Of a stretch of 26,534 bases of DNA, positions 1 through 6,676 are shown in pieces. Source of the stretch: an uncultured Thermoplasmatales archaeon (lineage in GTDB: Archaea > Thermoplasmatota > E2 > UBA202 > DSCA01); assembly GCA_964514975.1 (NCBI GenBank), contig CAZESS010000024.1, positions 1 to 26,534 on the forward strand. Reading direction: 5' to 3'. Each line of letters begins with the position of its first letter. Within the stretch, counting starts at the first letter, position 1. A program made the position numbers and the translations under genes. The notes under the pieces were generated by a model. The model saw nothing but the letters and a program-made list of their open reading frames with translations, made no database searches and had not been told where the DNA came from.

Positions 1-1
1 C

Positions 2-925
2 ATGCCCTACAAAACCATCTACGCACACGACTACCACGGCTGGCGAGACACCATGACAACGAACTGCACCGCCATCTACAACGTGTACACAGCATCCGAG
101 GACGCGGCGCTGACCGACGTGAGCTTTTACACGGCCGCTGACGACGTGGAGTACCGCGTTGTTGTCTATGACACCTACAGCTACGGGCTCGAGGACGAAC
201 TCGGGAGCGCCCGGGGCACCATCGAGCACACGGGCTACCACACGGTTTCGCTGGACGGCTCGGCCCGGCTGACCTCGGATGACAGATTCTACATCTACCT
301 CGAGGTATCGCATGGCGGATATGCCTATGACCGGACCTCGGAGGTACCCGTTTTGCTGGGCGCTCAAAGCAACGGGGCGACGGTGACCTCCACCGCCAGC
401 ATGGGCGAGAGCCTGTACCGGCACGAGGGCGAATGGCACGACCTGAATTTCAGGGATCCCTCGGCGAATTTCTGTCTGAAGGGGCTGGTGTCGGCGGTAC
501 CCGAGCTCCACGTGAAGGGCTCGCTGGACTGGACCGACGTGAAACCGGGCTCCCGGCACAACGGCAGCTTCACGATAGAGAACACCGGGGAGGAGGCGTC
601 GATGCTTCACTGGCGGATAGCCGACACGCCGGACTGGGGCACCTGGACGTTTTCGGCGCGCGAGGGAACCTATCTCCCGTCGGGCGGGCAAAGAACGGTC
701 AACGTGACGGTGACCGCCCCGTCGGACACCAACGAGGCGTTCAGCGGTGAGCTAACGGTCGTCAACATGGACAACGAAAGCAACATCGCCACCATCCCCA
801 TCTCGCTGTCGACCCCCCGGACATCCGGCGCCGGGCAGCCATGGCTCGCCGAGCGGTTCCCGCTCCTGTGGCAGCTCCTGCAGCGTCTGCCCCTGTTCAA
901 CCGCGCATCTGTGCTATGGCAGTGA
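2..925 (+). CDS. 5'-truncated secreted protein: C-terminal half of a probable C1A (papain-family) peptidase with lectin-like domain, Ig-like domain and amphipathic C-terminal tail
   Basis: Frame open from the window edge. IYAHDYHGW...VSFYT...GYHTVSL...NFCLKG resembles the lectin-like domain that follows archaeal C1A catalytic domains. LDWTDVKPG...FTIENTG...W...WGTWTF is a beta-sandwich module. Ends ERFPLLWQLLQRLPLF. The catalytic domain is not in the window. Confidence 0.7.
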   Translation: MPYKTIYAHDYHGWRDTMTTNCTAIYNVYTASEDAALTDVSFYTAADDVEYRVVVYDTYSYGLEDELGSARGTIEHTGYHTVSLDGSARLTSDDRFYIYLEVSHGGYAYDRTSEVPVLLGAQSNGATVTSTASMGESLYRHEGEWHDLNFRDPSANFCLKGLVSAVPELHVKGSLDWTDVKPGSRHNGSFTIENTGEEASMLHWRIADTPDWGTWTFSAREGTYLPSGGQRTVNVTVTAPSDTNEAFSGELTVVNMDNESNIATIPISLSTPRTSGAGQPWLAERFPLLWQLLQRLPLFNRASVLWQ

Positions 926-934
926 TAACGGTAA

Positions 935-942
935 TTTAAATA
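935..942 (+). promoter_or_regulatory. TATA box for arcC (probably leaderless)
   Basis: TTTAAATA in an AT-rich island starting 26 nt before the ATG at 961. Confidence 0.6.
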
Positions 943-960
943 GGGGAGCTCTTTACCATT

Positions 961-1887
961 ATGAAACTCGTGGTCGCTCTGGGAGGCAACGCGCTCGTCA
1001 AACCCGGCCAGGAGGGCACCATCGAGCAGCAGTTCGAGACAACCCGGCAGAGCGTCGCGTCTATCGTGCGGATGATCGAGGGCGGCCACGATGTCGTGCT
1101 GACACATGGCAACGGCCCCCAGGTTGGCTCCCTGCTGCTGCAGCAGGAGATCGCCAAGGAGGTCACCCCGGCGATGCCGCTCGACGTCTGCGGGGCGATG
1201 TCGCAGGGCCAGATCGGCTACATGATAGAGCAGTGCATGACGGCGGCGCTGCATGAACGGGGGCTTGACCGGCAGGTGGTCACCGTGGTCACCCAGGTGC
1301 TCGTCGACGAGGACGACCCGGCCTTTGAGCATCCAACCAAGCCCGTCGGACCGGTCTACCGGCATGACGACGCATTGCGACGCATCAAGGAGGGCTACCG
1401 GATGACCCAGCAGAAGGGCGGCTGGCGTATCGTGGTGCCATCGCCCGACCCGCGCTCCATCCTGGAAAGCGGGGTTATCACCCGGCTGATCGATGCGGGC
1501 CATGTCGTCATCGCGGTCGGCGGCGGCGGCATCCCGGTCGTGAAAAGCGACGGCGGCCTGCAGGGCGTGGAGGCGGTCATCGACAAGGACCTGGCGGCGG
1601 AGGAGCTCGCCAGCGAAATCGGGGCGGACATGTTGCTGATTCTCACCGACGTCGAGGCGGTCTACCGCAATTATGGAGAGGAAAACGAGGAGATGCTCCG
1701 TGAGGTCACGCTGGAGGAGATGGAGGAACACTACCGCGACGGGCAGTTTCCGCCGGGCTCGATGGGGCCCAAGGTGCTCGCGGCTATACGTTTTCTCAAA
1801 AACGGCGGCGACATCGCCATCGTTGCGTCGATAGACAATGGCTGGGATGCCCTGCAGGGCAATGCCGGCACAAGGATCGTTAGATAG
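961..1887 (+). CDS. arcC: carbamate kinase
   Basis: VVALGGNAL, THGNGPQVG, PTKPVGP, GGGGIPV, EAVIDKD and GSMGPK motifs; 308 aa. Confidence 0.96.
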   Translation: MKLVVALGGNALVKPGQEGTIEQQFETTRQSVASIVRMIEGGHDVVLTHGNGPQVGSLLLQQEIAKEVTPAMPLDVCGAMSQGQIGYMIEQCMTAALHERGLDRQVVTVVTQVLVDEDDPAFEHPTKPVGPVYRHDDALRRIKEGYRMTQQKGGWRIVVPSPDPRSILESGVITRLIDAGHVVIAVGGGGIPVVKSDGGLQGVEAVIDKDLAAEELASEIGADMLLILTDVEAVYRNYGEENEEMLREVTLEEMEEHYRDGQFPPGSMGPKVLAAIRFLKNGGDIAIVASIDNGWDALQGNAGTRIVR

Positions 1888-3103
1888 CCCCGGCGACGTC
1901 GTCGACGGCGACCTCGCGCTGCTCGCCGCTTTCCATGTCTTTCACCATGACAGAGCTGCGCTCCCATTCGTCGTCGCCGACGATGACCACTGTCGTGGCG
2001 CCCAGCCGGTCGGCATGTTGCAGCGACTTGCCCATGCTCCTACGCTTTAAATCAAGCTCGACATGGGTTCCCTGTCGTCGGAGGCGCATGGCAAGGCTGG
2101 CGGCATGTGGGCGCATGGCGTCGCTGACCGGCGCCACATAGATCAACACATGTCCCCCGGACGGACATCTGTCTTCCTCCTCGAGCGCCAGCAGGATGCG
2201 GTCGAAGCCCAGAGCGAAGCCCGCCGTCGCGACGGGTGACCCGCCCAGCAGCGGCACGAGGCTGTATTCGCCGCCGCCGCATATCTGTTTTTCAGCGCCC
2301 AGCGAGGGCGCGTCGATCTCGAACACGATACCCGTGTAGTAGTCGAGGCCGCGCGCAATCGAGGTGTCAAGCGTCACGGGCACCTCAAAGACGTCGAGCC
2401 AGTCGAGCACCGCCCGAAGCCGACCGGTCTGCTCCTCGCCGACCATGGATGCAACGTCTGCAAGGTCGCGGCACGCGAGAAACGACCGGAGCGTGTCTGA
2501 CTGTTGCTGGTCGAGCATCGCTTCCAGCCCCTCGTCGTCGCGCTTGTCGATGAGGCGCATGACCTGGCTCTGCCGCTCGACGCCCATGTCGTCAAGCAGA
2601 AAACGCAAAAGCGAAAGGTCGCCGAGACGGAGCTCAATATCTTGGAGGCCTGATTCATACAACGCCTGGTAGGCAAGCGATACGAGCTCGGCAACGCCCT
2701 CGGGCGTGTCGGTGCCGATGAGCTCGCAGCCCATCTGCCAGAACTCCCGGTAGCGGCCCGCCTGCGGCCGGTCGTAGCGGTAGCAGGAGCCAAAATAGTA
2801 GAGCTTCAGGGGCTTGGGCTCCATCTGGAGCTGCTCGACATAGAAGCGCATGGCCGGCGCCGTCAGCTCCGGCCGGAGGGCAAGATGACGCCCGGACTTG
2901 TCCTCGAACTCGTAGGTTTCCTCGACGATGTCCTCGCCCGACTTCATGGTGAACAGCTCCATGTACTCGATGGCGGGGGTGGCTATCTCACGGTAGCCGT
3001 AGCGCTCAAACGCGCTGCGCATCGCCGCTTCGACGGTCCGCCGCTGCTCCATCTCATCCGGGGGGAAATCCCGTGTCCCCCGGGGCTTGCCTATCTCGGC
3101 CAT
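1880..3103 (-). CDS. hisS: histidine--tRNA ligase
   Basis: KPRGTRDF, LRPELTA, YRYDRPQAGRYREFWQ, RGLDYYTG, GGGEY and GFALGFDR motifs plus C-terminal anticodon-binding domain. Confidence 0.97.
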   Translation of the reverse strand: MAEIGKPRGTRDFPPDEMEQRRTVEAAMRSAFERYGYREIATPAIEYMELFTMKSGEDIVEETYEFEDKSGRHLALRPELTAPAMRFYVEQLQMEPKPLKLYYFGSCYRYDRPQAGRYREFWQMGCELIGTDTPEGVAELVSLAYQALYESGLQDIELRLGDLSLLRFLLDDMGVERQSQVMRLIDKRDDEGLEAMLDQQQSDTLRSFLACRDLADVASMVGEEQTGRLRAVLDWLDVFEVPVTLDTSIARGLDYYTGIVFEIDAPSLGAEKQICGGGEYSLVPLLGGSPVATAGFALGFDRILLALEEEDRCPSGGHVLIYVAPVSDAMRPHAASLAMRLRRQGTHVELDLKRRSMGKSLQHADRLGATTVVIVGDDEWERSSVMVKDMESGEQREVAVDDVAGAI

Positions 3104-3176
3104 GGCTGGATAGTGGCGCTGCGTTTATTATTGTTACTATCAGAACCTTTTTATGCCCATCTGAAATACACCTGCT

Positions 3177-3341
3177 ATGAAGCTGAAACGGTGGGCCGTC
3201 CTGTTCCTCGGGCTCATAGCACCCTGGCTGGTCATCATCGCCGCCCTTGCAACGGAGACCTACACATCGGTATGGCTGTACGTCGGCCCACTGGCCTGGT
3301 TTTTCACCGCCGCGATGTTCATGCTCACGCTCATCGAATGA
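3177..3341 (+). CDS. small hypothetical membrane protein, 54 aa, two hydrophobic segments (not in ORF track)
   Basis: ATG 3177 to TGA 3341 gives MKLKRWAVLFLGLIAPWLVIIAALATETYTSVWLYVGPLAWFFTAAMFMLTLIE. TTTTTATG-like box ~25-29 nt upstream. Fills the hisS-sepF gap. Confidence 0.7.
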   Translation: MKLKRWAVLFLGLIAPWLVIIAALATETYTSVWLYVGPLAWFFTAAMFMLTLIE

Positions 3342-3384
3342 GCAAAGATTTTTAAAGAAATGCTCCTTAATGATATGAGATACT

Positions 3385-3744
3385 ATGGCCATCATAGCGG
3401 GACTGTTTAACAAGTCAAAAAGGAGGGATGGAGACTATGTCGACCTGGCCGAGGAGGTCGAAGAACAGGACATGCCGGAGGCAAACAGCCATGTGAAGGT
3501 GGCGGAGCTCCAGGAGTACGACGACGTCAAAAACTTTACCGACTACATCTACGGCGGCAACATCCTCCTGCTGGACCTCACCCCGATTTCGTCGGATGAC
3601 ATGGAGCTCGAGCGGACGACCAACGAGCTGAAACGCGTGGTCAAGGACATCCAGGGCGACATCGCCGGGCTTGGCAGAAACTGGCTCATCGTCACCCCGA
3701 CCGGCGTCAAAATCGACCGACGGAAAATGCGGGGGACCTTTTAG
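3385..3744 (+). CDS. sepF: cell division protein SepF (archaeal DUF552 type)
   Basis: N-terminal amphipathic segment (IIAGLFNK), DYVDL, GNILLLD, GDIAGLG, LIVTPTGVKIDR; 119 aa; upstream TTTTTAAA box. Confidence 0.9.
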   Translation: MAIIAGLFNKSKRRDGDYVDLAEEVEEQDMPEANSHVKVAELQEYDDVKNFTDYIYGGNILLLDLTPISSDDMELERTTNELKRVVKDIQGDIAGLGRNWLIVTPTGVKIDRRKMRGTF

Positions 3745-4736
3745 CCCTGCAAAAACCCGCCGATCTCCCTGCTATCCAGCCATTCTTCTCTGCAGCCACA
3801 GCTTACGCCCTCGAAGGCATCCCGTTTTTCACGGAGCGTAAACCGTTCTATCGCCCGTAGCAGCTCGATGTCGCAGTCGCCGCAGTTATGGGCACCGCGC
3901 TCTTTTCCCCCGGCAACCACGTCACAGGTGATCAGGCCGTCAAAACGGGCCGATATTTGCTCGAGGGTCTCGGCGACGCTCCACAGCCAGGGCGGCCGGT
4001 AGCGGCCCCGTTTCCACAGATATTCAACCAGGGTGTTGCCGTGCACCGCCACCGGGTTAAGCGACACCGCATCGCTATACTCTGCTGCAGTGTCAACGGT
4101 CGCAACGGCATCCATAATGGCCTCCTCCTCGCCGAGAAAGGGCGGCTTCAGCAGCACATATGTCTTGACCTCGAAGCCGGCATCACGTACCTGCTCTGCA
4201 GCCCGTTGCCAGTCCGCATAGGTGAAGCCCTTGTTGACCGCATATTCGAGCACGCGGTCGTTCGCCGACTCCAGCCCCATCGCCACCGACAGCGTCTTCC
4301 CGGCGGGCACCACATCGGCGACCTCATCGAGCGCCAAAACGAACGAGGGACGGGTCTCCACGACGACCCTGCCGGCATGCTCGAAAAACGTCTGGAGCAC
4401 CATACGCTGCACATCTGGAGGCACCTCCCGACCGTCCAGAAAGCTCCCCGAGGTAAAAATCTTAACGACCGCTTCGCCCCCGTAGCGTTCGGACGCCAAT
4501 GCGAGCTGCTCCCGGAGCTGCTCTTCAGTAACAGCTGGAATGCTGTCAGTGTAGTAGCCGCACATGGTGCAGCCCGAGCGATGGCTCCAGCGGCAGCCCC
4601 TGGTCTGCATGATGAACACGAACGCGTCGACGACCTCGCCGTGCAGCCGGTCCGGCTCCGTCCACATCCGGGGCTGCGGCACCCGGTGTTTCGGCGACCG
4701 CTTCACCGAGCGGCAGAATTGTTCCAGGGCTTCCAT
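3741..4736 (-). CDS. archaeosine biosynthesis radical SAM protein RaSEA (TIGR01210 family)
   Basis: TRGCRW..SGCTMCGY (CX6CX2C), KIFTSGSFLD, VETRP, GLESAND, YVLLKPPFL, YRPPWLWS, RGAHNCGDCD. Start moved to ATG 4736 (MEALEQ), which follows a minus-strand TATA-like box; the ORF-track extension overlaps kptA. Confidence 0.9.
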   Translation of the reverse strand: MEALEQFCRSVKRSPKHRVPQPRMWTEPDRLHGEVVDAFVFIMQTRGCRWSHRSGCTMCGYYTDSIPAVTEEQLREQLALASERYGGEAVVKIFTSGSFLDGREVPPDVQRMVLQTFFEHAGRVVVETRPSFVLALDEVADVVPAGKTLSVAMGLESANDRVLEYAVNKGFTYADWQRAAEQVRDAGFEVKTYVLLKPPFLGEEEAIMDAVATVDTAAEYSDAVSLNPVAVHGNTLVEYLWKRGRYRPPWLWSVAETLEQISARFDGLITCDVVAGGKERGAHNCGDCDIELLRAIERFTLREKRDAFEGVSCGCREEWLDSREIGGFLQG

Positions 4737-4820
4737 ACATGCTTGATGCCATCCGCTGTTTATATCGTTTTCTCCATTCGGCAGCATAACCCTTTTACAG
4801 AGCCTCGTCACTGTACAAAC

Positions 4821-5348
4821 ATGAACCCCGTCGCGGCGAGCAAGTACCTGTCCTATCTCCTCCGCCATCATCCCGGCGGGCTGGACATGGACCGCCATGG
4901 CTACGCATCCGTCGAGCGGGTTCTCCGAAAGCTCCGCCAGCGCTTCCCCGACCTCACACCCTGGCGGCTGCAGCAGCTCGTGGACGACAGCGACAGACAG
5001 CGCTTCGAAATCCGGGATGACAACATCAGGGCGCGCTACGGACACTCCGTTCCCGTTGACATTCAATGGCCATCTGCAGATGACCTCGAAACGCTCTATC
5101 ACGGCACGACGGAGGAGGCAGCCGCATCCATTCTCAGGCAGGGGCTGCAATCCCGCGGCCGCCAGATGGTTCATCTCTCAGCAACGCGGGAGGACGCCCG
5201 ACGGGCCGGACGGCGGCATGGACAACCGGTGGTCCTGCACATCGATGCCGAGGCTGCACGACGCCGGGATGTCACATTCTACCAGGCCACCGACAGCGTC
5301 ATCCTGGCAGCGTATGTTCCCCCCGCTGTTATCTCCCGTATCGGCTGA
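4821..5348 (+). CDS. kptA: RNA 2'-phosphotransferase Tpt1/KptA
   Basis: SKYLSYLLRHHP, DRQRFE, IRARYGHS, LYHGT, R..VHLS motifs. Real start is ATG 4821 (175 aa), not 3888. Confidence 0.94.
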   Translation: MNPVAASKYLSYLLRHHPGGLDMDRHGYASVERVLRKLRQRFPDLTPWRLQQLVDDSDRQRFEIRDDNIRARYGHSVPVDIQWPSADDLETLYHGTTEEAAASILRQGLQSRGRQMVHLSATREDARRAGRRHGQPVVLHIDAEAARRRDVTFYQATDSVILAAYVPPAVISRIG

Positions 5349-5357
5349 ACACAACGC

Positions 5358-5801
5358 TTACAGATGCTCCCGTATCGCCCGGAAGAGCTCGTCGACGTCA
5401 TCAAAATTCGGGATTTCGATGTCCCAACTCTTGTAGCCATAGACGGGCCTGTCATATTTTACCGCCATCGCTATCTCGGACAGGGTGCCGTGCCGTCCAT
5501 CTATCGCGACGACGAGGTCGCCGTTGAGGACGACGAGCGCGTTGCGGGCCTGCCCGATACCTGTCACGATGGCATGGTCGAGATAGGGATTGCCATCCTC
5601 CCGGTTCTCGGAGGGAACGATGCCGAGGGTGGTGCCGCCCGCCTCCCGGGCGCCCTTCGACGCGGCTTCCATGACGCCGCCCAGGCCGCCGGTGACGAGC
5701 ACCGCCGGCAAACGAGCGATACGACGGCCGATCTCCACCGCCTCGCTATATATCTCGGGGCTGCACTGCTGGCCGCCGACAACGCTGACATACATGGACA
5801 T
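5358..5801 (-). CDS. TIGR00725 family protein (LOG/SLOG Rossmann-fold)
   Basis: VTGGLGGVMEAASKGA...GG.TLGIVP, TGIGQARN, GTLSEIAMA. Start at 5801 or 5795. Confidence 0.88.
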   Translation of the reverse strand: MSMYVSVVGGQQCSPEIYSEAVEIGRRIARLPAVLVTGGLGGVMEAASKGAREAGGTTLGIVPSENREDGNPYLDHAIVTGIGQARNALVVLNGDLVVAIDGRHGTLSEIAMAVKYDRPVYGYKSWDIEIPNFDDVDELFRAIREHL

Positions 5802-5876
5802 ATCAACGCCCTCCCGGTAAAAAGATTTCTGGACTGCCTGCTCACCCGACAGAACCCGGGTAGGCGGCCACAAATA

Positions 5877-5884
5877 TTTATATA
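5877..5884 (+). promoter_or_regulatory. TATA box for the zinc-ribbon gene / purS-purL unit
   Basis: TTTATATA preceded by A-rich CAAATA, starting 30 nt before ATG 5907. Confidence 0.6.
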
Positions 5885-5906
5885 GACACTTTCAATAACT
5901 TTGAAC

Positions 5907-6410
5907 ATGGAAGAGAAGCGGGTACGTGGGGCTGCCGTCATTACATTTATCTCCGTGCTCTACTTCATATGGCTCATGGTGGTGGTGCTCCAGGACCGGG
6001 GATATATTCTCTCGGGCAGCGACCTGCCGCTCTCCGTGCAATGGTGGGCGGTCATCGGGATCTTCCTCTTCGCGGTGTTCTTTCTGGTAGAGCTGTACAT
6101 GTATCTCACCGCGCCCGGGAAGGAGCGCCGGACCGAGGGCATCAAACTGGTCTCGGCGGTCACCACCAAGGTCGTCTGCAGCGACTGCCACACCGTGTTC
6201 ACCATCTCCGACACCGGCGCCCGGCCGCTCAGGTATACCTGTCCCAACTGCGGACAGAGGGGTGCGCTCCGCCGGCAGATGGCATCCGGCGTCCGGAAGA
6301 ACGTGCAGTGTAAGCGATGTGAACACGTGTTCGAGATACATGACACGGGCGAGCGACCGTTCAAGTATACCTGCCCCGACTGTCACCATGTCAACGCGCT
6401 CTCCGCATAA
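5907..6410 (+). CDS. membrane protein with two TM helices and two tandem C4 zinc ribbons
   Basis: Two hydrophobic stretches followed by CSDC-x17-CPNC and CKRC-x17-CPDC. Confidence 0.8.
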   Translation: MEEKRVRGAAVITFISVLYFIWLMVVVLQDRGYILSGSDLPLSVQWWAVIGIFLFAVFFLVELYMYLTAPGKERRTEGIKLVSAVTTKVVCSDCHTVFTISDTGARPLRYTCPNCGQRGALRRQMASGVRKNVQCKRCEHVFEIHDTGERPFKYTCPDCHHVNALSA

Positions 6411-6418
6411 ACGATACC

Positions 6419-6676
6419 ATGTTTACCGCACGGGTAGAGATTCAGCTTAAGAAGGGTATTTCTGATCCAGAGGGGAACAACATCTGCAAGGCATTGCATC
6501 TGCTGGGCTTCGACGATGTGGACCGCGTTCAGGTCGCCAAGGTCATCCGTCTCGCTGTCGAGGGTGACGACGAGGAGGCGGTGCGCGAGCAGGTGGACGC
6601 GATGTGCCAGCGGCTGCTCACCAACCCGGTGATACATGACTATTCTATAGCGCTGCACGGGGACGGCGATGATTGA
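6419..6676 (+). CDS. purS: phosphoribosylformylglycinamidine synthase subunit PurS
   Basis: LKKGISDPEG, LGF, CQRLLTNPVIHDY; overlaps the purL start. Confidence 0.96.
   Translation: MFTARVEIQLKKGISDPEGNNICKALHLLGFDDVDRVQVAKVIRLAVEGDDEEAVREQVDAMCQRLLTNPVIHDYSIALHGDGDD

Noticed and set aside
3888-4820. Apparent 486-aa KptA with long N-terminal extension, and reciprocal 477-aa RaSEA to 5174
   Set aside because: Each extension is the antisense shadow of the other gene; both real starts (4821, 4736) have their own TATA-like boxes.
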